Source of the DNA: Eledone cirrhosa
Lineage: Eukaryota
Direction: 5' to 3'
DNA length: 64,000 nt
NCBI GenBank assembly: GCA_964016885.1
Contig: OZ024741.1
Coordinates: forward strand, 91,512,001 to 91,576,000
Shown here: piece by piece, positions 13,089 through 27,899 of the stretch
Numbering within the stretch: position 1 is the stretch's first letter
How the letters are laid out: the number at the start of each line of letters is the position of its first letter
Notes under the pieces: generated by a model
What the model saw: only the letters and a program-made list of their open reading frames with translations
Databases searched by the model: none
Told to the model about the DNA's origin: nothing
Made by a program: the position numbers and the translations under genes

Positions 13089-16000
13089 AAAACTAACTGA
13101 AAAGAAATATTACCCAAGCTGTGAATAACTTTAAATTTGATTCTGACAGAACTTTGTCGTAACTTTTAAAGAAGATCATCGACTATTTTGAAAAATAAAT
13201 ACGAAATATTAGTGAATAGACGAACTCATCATGGCAAAAAGTACAAGTCTCCTTCGACCAAATCGCAACTACAGCCGTTGTACACAGTGGAGCTACGAGC
13301 TTAACAAAGTATTATATGAAGCATACAAACAATCTGAACCCCAACAGTTCGGTTTTATGCAAAGGCTAAAAACTTTATGGAACTCCAAACACCCAGAATT
13401 AGACTTTTCTCCAAAGCATTTAAATGAACAGGCAAAACGTATCATTAGATGTAAATTGATACATCTAACGGATTGAGTGATACTACAAATACAGCCCTTG
13501 TAGACAACCACCCCACCTCCACTGACAGACAAAGAGAATGGCCAGCTAAATCTAACAGTGAACAGCTCACCAACAATTTTGCTGAAATCCATCCCACTTC
13601 CACTGAAGAACAGCGAGAAAGGTCAGCTGACTCTAGTAGTAATTGTCACCACATCAACAACGAGGCTGAAATTCATGACTCTACTGTACAAACAGAGCAC
13701 CAAAAACTTGTGGGCACCCTACAAGTGATATGGAACGATATGTTTCAAGAGATACACAGCCTTAATGTGAGTGACAGACCATACAACACTAGAGTCAGTA
13801 AAGAACCCACTAAATTGGAATTGGAAGCGGTGAACGAAATAGCTGGCAATTATCTGAAGGCTATACGATCTAAAGGTGTAGAAACGACATTTGAAACGCT
13901 TAATGTTTTGTTATATGTTTCAGCTGTCACATTGCTATCATATAACACACATCTAAAACCACGCAATCAAGATACAAACAGAAAGCCTGAACCAGCGTGG
14001 ATGCGAAATTTAAAAACCAAAATGTTGTCCCTGAGACGAAGTATCTCACACATCGCAGTCGTTATGAAATGCAACATAGAGAGCAACTTCACACGACACC
14101 AGGAAGACCTAAAGAAAAAGTTAGAGAGACGATTTGGAGATACAAAATTTAAAACTTTGAACTCCAAATTACACCAGTTGAAACAACAACTGCTACAACA
14201 GAAAGACTAAAATATAAGTCAACAGCACATAAACGACAAGTGCTAAATAGATTGTTTGCCAGAGATCCTAAATCAGTTTATCGCAGCTTCGGTGGCAAAA
14301 GCTCAATCCCTGTAAACGACACTCCTTCAAAAGAACAGGTTGAGAGCTACTGGAGATCTGTATGGGAAACGGATGACGGATTCAACAGACAAGCTAATTG
14401 ACTAAAAGAACTGGAACAGGACTACTGCCAACATGTCCAGACAAAACAATATGACATAGATGGGTCAATACTGGAAACAGCTCTACAGAAAATGTCGAAT
14501 AGGAAATCACCAGGCCCAGACCTCATTACAGGATACTGGTTGAAGAATTTCACTTTCTATCGGCAAGATCTCATACGGCTGTTTACAGAAACCATTGAGG
14601 GCACACAAATACTGCCCAGATGGTTATCAACTGCCACTACTGTCCTCATTCCCAAAAATAGCCAAACCGCCCTTGCTAAAAATTACCGCCCAATTGCCTG
14701 CCAAAACATCATGTATAAATTATATACTGGGTGCCTTAACCAGTTCTTACAGGATCACTGTGCTACCAACAACATCATAACACCTGAGCAAGCTGGTGGA
14801 AAGAGGGAGGTGTGGGGTTGCATAGATCACCTACTAACTAACAAAATGATTCAGGAAAAAACAACAAAGAATCGCAGAAACATGACTGTAGTGTGGCTGG
14901 ACTATCAAAAAGCATTTGATAGTGTACCTCATGGGTGGATTATTAAGGCTTTACAGTTAGCTAAAGTCCCACAACCATTGGTAGCTGCTGTTGAACGCCT
15001 GACCAAGAACTGGTACACCAATTTGATCCTTAGAGGTGAGAAGGAGCAGGTTAAGACTGATAAGATACATTACCAGAAGGGCATCTTTCAGGGTGATAGC
15101 TTGTCAGTGCTACTCTTCGTTCTCTCACTGAATCCACTATCTTACCTACTCAGGAAACAAGGTGGACAAAGAAGTGGGCCCAGAAGTATCTCCCATCTTT
15201 TCTTTGTTGATGACCTGAAGTTGTATGGGCCAAATATCAATGACATCAAGAAACAATTGGACCTCATTACACAATTTTCAACCGACATCAAAATGAAATT
15301 TGGTGAGTCAAGTGTGCATATTTGGCAGTAAAACGTGGAAGAGCTGTGCCCTCCTCTAGAAATCTAGAGATGAACGGCCTGACAATACAACCTCTGCAAT
15401 CAGGTGACAACTACAGATATCTTGGACAGGATGAGAATGTCAGATATGATGGACCCATAAATAAGGAGAGAACCAGAACTGAATACCTCAGAAGAGTAAA
15501 GAAAATATGGTCATCAGAACTGTCAGCATACAACAAATACATTGCCCACAATACTTATGCTGTGCCAATTCTAACGCCAACATTTGGCCTACTGAACTGG
15601 TCATTGCAAGAACTAAGTGAGATGGATGTTAGAACTCGAAAACTTCTCAGTGTTACTGGCAACTTTAACATCAATGGTGATGTGGATAGGCTATACTTCT
15701 CACGCAAGGAAGGTGGCCGGGGTCTAAAATCAATATTAACAACATATGAGACCCGGATAGTAACACTGAAGCAACACCTTCAACAGAGGAAAAAGGTTGG
15801 CAACCATCTTGCCCAGGTTTATGAGCATGAAAAAAGAAATATCATTAGAATAGCGACTGATCTGGAGGAGAGATATGGAATAAAGCCTGATATAAATCTC
15901 TCACCCAGAGAAATCGGAAGATCCTATTCAATGTTCAAACAAGATAAGAAAATTGACCAACTTACAGAAAAAGTTGTGCATGGATACTTGAGGCGTAAAA

Positions 16001-16814
16001 CACAGACCATAGAGGGGATAAACCACTCAAAAAGCCTGGCATGGAGTTCCGACAAGTTTATGACATCACACCTTGAGGGATATCTCTATGCAATACAGGA
16101 ACAAGAACTCCCTACCAAATATCTTCTGCACAAAAGAGGAGGGCCAGCAGCTGACAATAAATGTAGGCTATGTAAAACAAAGATCGAGGATGTAAGCCAC
16201 ATTGTTGCCAGCTGCGAAAGAATGTCATCTCGCTACTACCTCCCCATGAGACACGATGGGATAGCTAGAACCATCTGGAACGCACTTCGGAAAACAAAAT
16301 TAACAACAAACGAGGAAGAATATATTGAGACAGATGGCACTAAGGAATACTGGTGGAACCTGAAAATAAAAACTGCCACCAAATTAAAGCACAACCGGCC
16401 TGATATTGTAGTTTGGGACCACACATTGAAAACGTGTTCTGTTGTGGAGATCAGCTGCCCACTTGATGTAAACGTTGTCAGAAAAATACAGGAGAAGGAG
16501 GACATCTACGGACCATTGATGAGGAGTTTACAAATCCAGTATCCAAGATACACCTTTAGCTTCATACCCATCATTATTGGAGCTACGGGTTATATACCAA
16601 CCCGCTTGGACCAAAGTATGACTGAACTTGGATTTGCGGACAAAAAGCGCAGCTCCCTAATTCATAGTCTGCAAATGGCTGCGATAGCTGGCACCTTCAA
16701 AATTTGCAAAACATTCTTGCGATTCAAGGGATGACAATTTCTTTTCTTTTACAACCTTGCCACCAGGAAGGTGGCCGCTCAAAAAAATATACTCAAAATT
16801 AAGAGAAAGAGAAA

Positions 16815-16815
<1 letters not shown>
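13089..16815 (+). mobile_element. Near full-length R4/Dong-clade RLE non-LTR retrotransposon in a (CATA)n/(TA)n array
   Basis: Single disrupted ORF with N-terminal Myb-like block, RT, CCHC and PD-type endonuclease; ~140-bp 5'UTR and ~80-bp 3'UTR ending GAGAAAGAGAAAA. Confidence 0.93.
13231..16734 (+). pseudogene. Disrupted RT/restriction-like endonuclease ORF of Dong copy 1
   Basis: Motifs [63 protein letters not shown]; apparent frameshift ~13470; versus copy 2: 4-nt deletion ~14191, TGG>TGA ~14399, 1-nt deletion ~15309. Confidence 0.92.
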
Positions 16816-16868
<53 letters not shown>

Positions 16869-17030
16869 AGGGATAACTTGAACCGTTAAGGTATATTATG
16901 CTTGGTTATGTCAAAATTTATAAAACACATTTATCATTGTGTATTATACTCCAGAATTTGTTGAGTGCTCTGAATCAGTTATAAACATTTATATTTGTTG
17001 AATTACCAACAAATTGAATATATCTTCTTG

Positions 17031-17066
<36 letters not shown>

Positions 17067-17200
17067 CGTTTCTGAATTTGTTTAGCAAGATTCTTTATCT
17101 GAAATCGTGTGTTGAAACCGATATTGTTATACTTTGGGAGGGTCATTTGGCAACATGACCCTCCCAAAGTATAACAATTATATATATATATATATATATA

Positions 17201-17426
17201 CTGAAGTAAAAGTTGAGTAAAAATATCCAAGAGAAAGAGCACTCAGTCCATAGGACGAGTTTAGTATAAATAATTATAACAGTAACATAAACAGGTACTC
17301 AAGGGTTCTGGGCCCCAATTCGTTCAGCCTGTCATGAGAAAAACATTTTCTGATGACAAGCTGAACGAATTGGGGCCCAGAACCCAACGAAACTTGAGTA
17401 CCTGTTTATGTTACGGTGATAATTAT
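17201..17426 (-). mobile_element. PLE-like tail with fold-back (arms ~17270-17341 / 17346-17426) between (TA)n tracts
   Basis: Near-perfect palindrome; right arm has CTGAACGA-ATTGGG..CCCAAC-GAAA-CTTGAG-TA/CCTG (HHR-like with an extra core nucleotide); left arm lacks 8 nt including GAAA. Confidence 0.55.
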
Positions 17427-17433
17427 ATATATA

Positions 17434-17500
<67 letters not shown>

Positions 17501-17511
17501 GCACATAATCA

Positions 17512-17640
17512 ACTTGGCAGAGCCGTTAGTACATTGTATAATTGTTACGGGTCTCTGCGTTCAAATTCCGCTGAGGTCCTCTTTGCTCTTCATCCTTTCG
17601 GCGACCATAAAGAAAGTACCAGTCATGTACTGGTGCAGTT
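17512..17640 (+). mobile_element. tRNA-derived SINE of the GTTCAAAT..CTTTCATCC..AAGTACCAGT family
   Basis: Related copies at ~28146-28322, ~40657-40860, ~63835-64000 (+) and ~4395-4520, ~58960-59080, ~62875-63050 (-). Confidence 0.65.
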
Positions 17641-17773
17641 TTTCTCAGTTTCAGTTGTTTGTTACATCATGGTTGTCCGATTAAGTCAAAGACTCAGAAC
17701 ACTCTTAGCATAAGCAGGTCAATACAATCACGTGATACACTTTTGCCAGTGACGGCCTGGTAATTTATATTAA

Positions 17774-18040
17774 TGTGTGTGTGTGTATGCATGTGTGTGT
17801 ATATGTATGTGTGTGTATATGTATGTGTGTGTATATGTATGTGTGTGTATATGTATGTGTGTGTATATGTATGTGTATGTGTATGTATGTGTGTGTATGT
17901 GTATGTGGGTGTATGTGAATGCGTGTGTATATATACATGTGTGTATATATATGTGTGTGTATATGTATGTGTATGTGTGTGTATGTGTGAATGTGTGTGT
18001 GAATGTGTGCATGTGTGAGAGTGTGTGTGAGTGTGTCTGT
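17774..18040. repeat. Cryptic (TG/TA)n microsatellite
   Basis: Direct reading. Confidence 0.95.
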
Positions 18041-18495
18041 GTTTAAGGCTTTTAACCTACCAAGAGTAACCTATAAAAAAGTATCGCTAATATAAGTACC
18101 AGACGTGACAGAATATGTATTGAGTTCAATGTGATCGATTAAATAACTCTATGATGGCACCCCAGAATAGCCGCAGTTTAATGACTGAAAGCAGTAAAAG
18201 GTTAAAGAAATTAACTCTGGATAGACTGAGGAGTGTGGAATGGTCACCAGAGTATAAGCGGAATGTCGTTCCTTAGACAGACAGTTGCACAACCACAAAC
18301 TGATAGATTGTTCACTTCTAATTACGAATATTCATACATACCCAGAGAGAGAGAGAGAGAGAGAGAGAGGAGATAGAGAGAGTCGGAGGAATATACGCAT
18401 TGGTTTGTCTAAATAATATATATATATATATATATATATACTCACATTAGTTAGACAAACCAATGCGTATATGCGTATATTCTTCCCATTGTCTC

Positions 18496-18533
<38 letters not shown>

Positions 18534-18972
18534 CAAAACTAGAAAGTGAAAAAGAGAGGGGGGAAGAGGAGGCGAATAATGAGAAAGTCGGATTGTTTGA
18601 TAGCTAGAGAGAAAATGGCTGGCTAGACCTCCTCTTAGAACGGGCACCAATTATAGAATGAAATTTTTTCTCATTTGACAATCGAACATAATTACGAATG
18701 AAAATTAATGAATACCAAAATAAGAATTTAAAAAATATTAATAATAATAATAAATGGGTTGTCTGAAATCAAATAGTCAGAATAATAGAAATATCCGTAA
18801 TGACTGAAGCTATTCTGACTGCCTATTTCTTTGGAATTGTATTGAAGCCAGTTCATGTGGCTGCACTTTGTGGGGAATAAATATCAATTGATATAATCAA
18901 GCTTAGATGAAGCTTTAGAAAAACAGTAGTGAGATCTCTAACGCAATAAAAGCTAACGCAATAAAAGCTAAC

Positions 18973-19203
18973 GTGAAATTAAGCGATCTTTTGCATCAAA
19001 GATGTTACTAATGTCAAGTACAGCTGTTTTGTTGTCTACTTGAAAGTCATTTACGACTGCAAATTCATCTTTTGATCTGTCAGATCGTAGTAAATCTATA
19101 ACAGAATGGAAGATGGGGTGAAATTGAGCGATATTTGATCAAACAGTCTTTGGTAATGTCAAGAGCAGCTGTTTTGTTGTCCACTTGAGAGTCGTATACA
19201 ACT
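18973..19203 (+). repeat. Diverged direct repeat, ~85-bp units, period 146
   Basis: GTGAAATT(A/G)AGCGAT..TAATGTCAAG(T/A)(A/G)CAGCTGTTTTGTTGTC(T/C)ACTTGA at 18973 and 19119. Confidence 0.75.
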
Positions 19204-20173
19204 AAACATTCATGTTTGGTTTAGATGTTAGAATGCAATCTATGCAGCTAGCTGGCCATTTGCCATAGGGATTGACTCGAAAACTCTGGTAATTGCGGGC
19301 GTTATTGAAGGATTCTGCTTTAGAGTTTTTATTTACAGTGTCCCCCACCCCATCTCGAGAAAGTGCGCGGATTAGTGGGTAGGATGTTCGGTTTGCGATC
19401 GTAAGTCGTGAGTTAGATTCCTGCACCGGGCAGCGCTATTTGTCATTTAACATTGTTTGTGTGTTTTTCAAATAGTAAGAATAATTTTTTGACGCTGTAA
19501 TTGTGTTAGGTTGAAAGCATGGTCTCAGATAAAGTCACTTCCCAGACAAGTACAACAGTGGCTAAAATAGCACTTTCTCAATGTAATTTACTTTTGTTTA
19601 ACAGTCTCAGATTAAGTCACTTGCTTGGCAAGTACACGCCCACCCCTCAACCTCCTCCCCCCAAAACAACAAAAAACAATGTTATTCTCATAAAAAACAA
19701 ATGTTATGAAAATATGTTATATCTTTCAATACAGTTAATTCATGCTGAAGATCGCATACTTCTGTAATTACAAATATTTGTTGTAAGTTTATATTATCTT
19801 TACTTTATAGTTATTTATTTATAATTATTTATGACAGTTTTACAGCTGACAAAATGACAGCAATTTTCCTTCATCTTTTTTTAGCCGTAACTTTTCTTTT
19901 CCTTTCGCAAAGAAGCAAATGTTGACAACTAGTCATAAATGATTACACGCCTAAATCAACCCGACAGTCACTTGAATTTTTAAAATCGTGTTTATTTTTG
20001 GTATGTTATTATATTGTTATTTATTGCCATGCTACTACTATGCAATAATAGACTTGCTGAAATCTCTAGTGGAGAAAATTGCTTCATTATGTATTTACCA
20101 TTAAGATAGCTCAAGAAATAGACGGATATATTAGATAGCTAGAAAGGTAGATAGATAGACACACACACACACA

Positions 20174-20859
20174 ATATATATATAGATATATAGATATAGA
20201 TATATAGATATATATATATATATATAGATATATATATATAGATATATATATATAGATATATATATATAGATATATATATAGATATATATATATAGATAGA
20301 TATATATAGATAGATATATATAAATATATAGATATATATATATATATATATATATATAGATATATATATATATATAGATATATATATATATATATATAGA
20401 TATATATATATAGATATATATATATATATATATAGATATATATATATATATAGATATATATATATATATAGATATATATATAGATATATATATATATATA
20501 GATATATATATATATATAGATATAGATATATATATAGATATATATATATATATAGATATATATATATATATAGATATATATATATATATAGATAGATATA
20601 GATATATATAGATATATATAGATATATATATAGATATATATAGATATATATATATATAGATATATATATATATATATATATATAGATATATATAGATATA
20701 TATATAGATATATATAGATATATATATATATAGATATATATATATATATATAGATATATATATATATATATATATATAGATATATATATATATATATAGA
20801 TATATATATATATAGATATATATATATATATATATATATAGATATATATATATATATAT

Positions 20860-20892
<33 letters not shown>

Positions 20893-20919
20893 TATATATA
20901 TATATATATAGATATATAT

Positions 20920-21016
<97 letters not shown>

Positions 21017-21145
21017 TATATATATATATATATATATATATAGATATATATATATAGATATATATATATATATATATATAGATATATATAGATATATATA
21101 TATATATAGATATATATAGATATATATATATATATAGATATATAT

Positions 21146-21184
<39 letters not shown>

Positions 21185-21283
21185 TATATATATATATATA
21201 TATAGATATAGATATATATATATATATATATAGATATATATATATATATATATATATATAGATATATATATATATATATATAT

Positions 21284-21372
<89 letters not shown>

Positions 21373-21799
21373 TATATATATATATATATATATATAGATA
21401 TATATATATATATAGATATATATATATATATAGATATATATATATATATAGATATATATATATATATAGATATATATATATATATAGATATATATATATA
21501 TATAGATATATATATATATATAGATATATATAGATATATATATATATATAGATATATATATATATATATATATATAGATATATATATATATATATATAGA
21601 TATATATATATATATAGATATATATAGATATATATATATATATATATAGATATATATATATAGATATATAGATATATAGATATATATATATATATAGATA
21701 TATATATATATATATAGATATATATATATATATATAGATATATATATATATATATAGATATATATATATATATATATATAGATATATATATATATATAT

Positions 21800-21866
<67 letters not shown>

Positions 21867-22005
21867 TATATAGATATATATATATAGATATATATATATA
21901 TAGATATATATATATATATATATAGATATATAGATATATATATATAGATATAGATATATATATATATATAGATATATAGATATATAGATATATATATATA
22001 GATAT

Positions 22006-22038
<33 letters not shown>

Positions 22039-22404
22039 TATATATATATATATAGATAGATATATATATATAGATATATATATATATATAGATATATATA
22101 GATAGATATAGATATATATATATATATAGATATATATATATATATAGATATATATATATATATATAGATATATATATATATATAGATATATATATATATA
22201 TAGATATATATATAATATATATATATATATAGATATATATATATATATAGATATATATATATATATATAGATATATATAGATATATATATATATATATAG
22301 ATATATATAGATATATATATATATAGATATATATATATATATAGATATATATAGATATATATATATATATATATATATATAGATATATATATATATATAT
22401 ATAT

Positions 22405-22463
<59 letters not shown>

Positions 22464-22668
22464 TATATATATATATATATATATATAGATATATATATAT
22501 ATAGATATATATATATATATATATATATAGATATATATATATATATATATATAGATATATATATATATAGATATATATATATATATAGATATATATATAT
22601 ATATAGATATATATATATATATAGATATATATATATATATAGATATATATAGATATATATATATATAT

Positions 22669-22701
<33 letters not shown>

Positions 22702-23104
22702 TATATAGATATATATATATAGATATATATATAGATATATATATATATATATATATAGATATATATATATATATAGATATATATATATAGATATATATAT
22801 AGATATATATATATATATAGATATATATATATATATATATATAGATATATATATATATAGATATATATATATATATAGATATATATATATATAGATATAG
22901 ATATATATATATATATATATATAGATATATATATATATAGATATAGATATATATATATATATATATAGATATATAGATATATATATATAGATATAGATAT
23001 ATATATATATATAGATATATATAGATAGATATAGATATATATAGATATATATAGATATATATATAGATATATATAGATATATATAGATAGATATAGATAT
23101 ATAT

Positions 23105-23141
<37 letters not shown>

Positions 23142-23158
23142 TATATATATATATATAT

Positions 23159-23209
<51 letters not shown>

Positions 23210-23226
23210 TATATATATATATATAT

Positions 23227-23299
<73 letters not shown>

Positions 23300-23320
23300 T
23301 ATATATATATATATATATAT

Positions 23321-23415
<95 letters not shown>

Positions 23416-23613
23416 TATATATATATATATATAGATATATATATATATATAGATATATATATATATATATAGATATATATATATATATATAGATATATAT
23501 ATATATATAGATATATATATATATATAGATATATATATATATATAGATATATATATATATATAGATATATATATATATATATATAATATATATATAGATA
23601 TATATATATATAT

Positions 23614-23650
<37 letters not shown>

Positions 23651-23995
23651 TATATATATATATATAGATATAGATATATATATAGATATATATATATATA
23701 TATATAGATATATATATATATATATATATATAGATATATATATATATATAGATATATATATATATATATATATATATAGATATATATATATATATATATA
23801 TATAGATATATATATATATATAGATATATATATATATATATAGATATATATATATATATAGATATATATATATATATATAGATATATATATATATATAGA
23901 TATATATATATATATATAGATATATATAGATATATATATAGATATATATAGATATATATATATATATAGATATATATATATATATAGATATATAT

Positions 23996-24034
<39 letters not shown>

Positions 24035-24041
24035 TATATAT

Positions 24042-24082
<41 letters not shown>

Positions 24083-24113
24083 TATATATATATATATATA
24101 ATTATATATATAT

Positions 24114-24178
<65 letters not shown>

Positions 24179-24259
24179 TATATATATATATATAGATATA
24201 TATATATATATAGATATATATATATATATAGATATATATAGATATATATATATATATAT

Positions 24260-24304
<45 letters not shown>

Positions 24305-24356
24305 TATATATATAGATATATATATATATATAGATATATATATATATATATATAGA

Positions 24357-24397
<41 letters not shown>

Positions 24398-25458
24398 TAT
24401 ATAGATATATATAGATATAGATATATATATATATATATATATAGATATATAGATATATAGATATATATATATATAGATATAGATATATATATATATATAG
24501 ATATATATATATATAGATATAGATATATATATATATATAGATATATATATATATATAGATAGATATATATATATAGATATATATATATATATAGATATAT
24601 ATATATATAGATATATATATATATATAGATATATATATATATATAGATATATATATATATATATAGATATATATATATATATATAGATATATATATATAT
24701 ATAGATATAGATATATATATATATAGATATATATATATATATAGATATATATATATATAGATATAGATATATATATAGATATATATAGATATAGATATAT
24801 ATAGATATATATATATATATATAGATATAGATATATATATATATAGATATATATATATATATATAGATATATAGATATATATATATATATATATAGATAT
24901 ATATATATATATATAGATATATATATATATATATAGATATATATATATATATATATAGATATATATATATATATAGATATATATATATATATATAGATAT
25001 ATATATATATATATAGATATATATATATATATATATAGATATATATATATATAGATATATATATATATATATATATAGATATATATATATATATATATAT
25101 AGATATATATATATATATATATATAGATATATATATATAGATATAGATATATATATATAGATATATATATATATATAGATATATATATATATATAGATAT
25201 ATATATAGATATAGATATATATATAGATATAGATATATATATAGATATATATATATATATAGATATAGATATATATATAGATATATATATAGATATATAT
25301 ATATATATAGATATATATATATATATAGATATATATATATATATAGATATATATATATATATAGATATATATATATATATAGATATATATATATATATAG
25401 ATATATATATATATATAGATATATATATATATATAGATATATATATATATATATATAT

Positions 25459-25505
<47 letters not shown>

Positions 25506-25780
25506 TATATATATATATATAGATATATATATATATATAGATATATATATATATATATATATAGATATATATATATATATAGATATATATATATATATAT
25601 AGATATATATATATATATATAGATATATATATATATATATAGATATATATATATATATATAGATATATATATATATATAGATATATATATATATATAGAT
25701 ATATATATATATATAGATATATATATATATATATAGATATATATATATATAGATATATATATATAGATATATATATATAT

Positions 25781-25813
<33 letters not shown>

Positions 25814-25968
25814 TATATATATATATATATATATATAGATATATATATAGATATATATATATAGATATATATATAGATATATATATAGATATAGATATAT
25901 ATATATAGATATATATATAGATATATATATATATAGATATATATATATATAGATATATATATATATAT
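20174..25968. repeat. ~5.8-kb (TA)n array punctuated by GA units
   Basis: Direct reading; interruptions are almost all T>G on the + strand. Confidence 0.97.
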
Positions 25969-26420
25969 TTAGAAACACACAGATACATGCGGACACACAC
26001 ATATATACATGAATGCATCCGCACCCAACTGTGAGTTAAGGGTGCCAACTTCACCGATGTTGCTCAATGAATGACTGGGACAGACTCACAGTTGGGTGCG
26101 GATGCATTCATGTATATATGTGTGTGTCCGCATGTATCTGTGTGTTTCTAAATATATTAATAACTCCCTCTGGTCGAGCAATCTTTGAAGTGTGGGGACA
26201 ACTGGAAAGCTTCCATTACTCATACTTCTCGCCTTCTTCACTACCTCTTCTGCGGCCTCGATGTGAATACCCCCTCCGCCTCCGTGGTATTTTCTTCGTG
26301 GTTATAAGAGGCTTAGCTCCGTTTCTCGACCGTTATATCGCGTGACTGTCTCCCCCTCCGCCTTTTGGGATTCTTTCTCGCGTCGTGTAGACGCGTTCTT
26401 GAGACTAGTAAAATGAGGTA

Positions 26421-26508
26421 TCCTCTTGATAAGTCGGCAGACCTCGCAAGGACTCTATATCTTTGATATATTGTTTTTGTTTATGCCACGAAACTACGTA
26501 GTCGAGGA
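26421..26508 (+). ncRNA. Type I hammerhead with U3-A8 core variant, copy 1
   Basis: TCCTC-TTGATAA-GT(C)GGCA..TGCCAC-GAAA-CTACGTAG-TC/GAGGA. Confidence 0.72.
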
Positions 26509-27011
26509 ATTTAGGAACAGTTTAGGTATGATACATTTTATTACTAATTATATCTAAATGTTTCTTCTCTCTTCATAATGTATTTTTAACTCTGATACTG
26601 GTTCAGTCTGGTTCAAACTGAATTAGTCTGTCCCAGTCATTCATTGAGCAACATCGGTGAAGTTGGCACCCTTAACTCACAGTTGGGTGCGGATGCATTC
26701 ATGTATATATGTGTGTGTCCGCATGTATCTGTGTGTTTCTAAATATATTAATAACTCCCTCTGGTCGAGCAATCTTTGAAGTGTGGGGACAACTGGAAAG
26801 CTTCCATTACTCATACTTCTCGCCTTCTTCACTACCTCTTCTGCGGCCTCGATGTGAATACCCCCTCCGCCTCCGTGGTATTTTCTTCGTGGTTATAAGA
26901 GGCTTAGCTCCGTTTCTCGACCGTTATATCGCGTGACTGTCTCCCCCTCCGCCTTTTGGGATTCTTTCTCGCGTCGTGTAGACGCGTTCTTGAGACTAGT
27001 AAAATGAGGTA

Positions 27012-27099
27012 TCCTCTTGATAAGTCGGCAGACCTCGCAAGGACTCTATATCTTTGATATATTGTTTTTGTTTATGCCACGAAACTACGTAGTCGAGGA
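27012..27099 (+). ncRNA. Type I hammerhead with U3-A8 core variant, copy 2
   Basis: Identical to 26421-26508. Confidence 0.72.
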
Positions 27100-27169
27100 A
27101 TTTAGGAACAGTTTAGGTATGATACATTTTATTACTAATTATATCTAAATGTTTCTTCTCTCTTCATAA

Positions 27170-27424
27170 GATATATATATATATATAGATATATATATAT
27201 ATATAGATATATATATATATAGATATATATCTATATATATATATATAGATATATATATATATATAGATATATATATATATATATAGATATATATATATAT
27301 AGATATATATATATATATAGATATAGATATATATATAGATATATATATATATATATAGATATATATATATATATATATAGATATATATATATATAGATAG
27401 ATATATATATATATATATATATAT

Positions 27425-27477
<53 letters not shown>

Positions 27478-27809
27478 TAGATATATATATATATAGATAT
27501 ATATATAGATATAATATATATAGATATATATATATATATAGATATATATATATATATATAGATATATATATAGATATATATATAGATATATATATAGATA
27601 TATATATATAGATATATATATATAGATATATATATATATAGATATATATATATATATATATATATATTTAGATATATATTATATAGATATATATATAATA
27701 TCTATATATATATATAGAGAGATATAGATATATATATCTATATATATATAGAGAGAGATATAGATATATATATCTATATATATATAGAGAGAGATATAGA
27801 TATATATAT

Positions 27810-27897
<88 letters not shown>
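27170..27897. repeat. TA/GA array ending in (AG)n
   Basis: Direct reading. Confidence 0.97.

Positions 27898-27899
<2 letters not shown>

Larger units (their letters stand above)
25963..27169 (+). mobile_element. ORF-less PLE/retrozyme-like unit: 124-bp inverted segment plus tandem direct repeat (period 591)
   Basis: 26084-26578 = 26675-27169; 25963-26086 is the reverse complement of 26625-26748; embedded in the TA/GA array. Confidence 0.8.

Noticed and set aside
20111-26054. 1963-aa and 563-aa ORFs
   Set aside because: Translations of the TA/GA array, which lacks stops on the minus strand; not proteins. The same applies to the other IY/CV/TH/MYV ORFs
26067-26936. Repeated 75-92-aa ORF in the 591-bp unit
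   Set aside because: No recognisable motif and begins in low-complexity sequence
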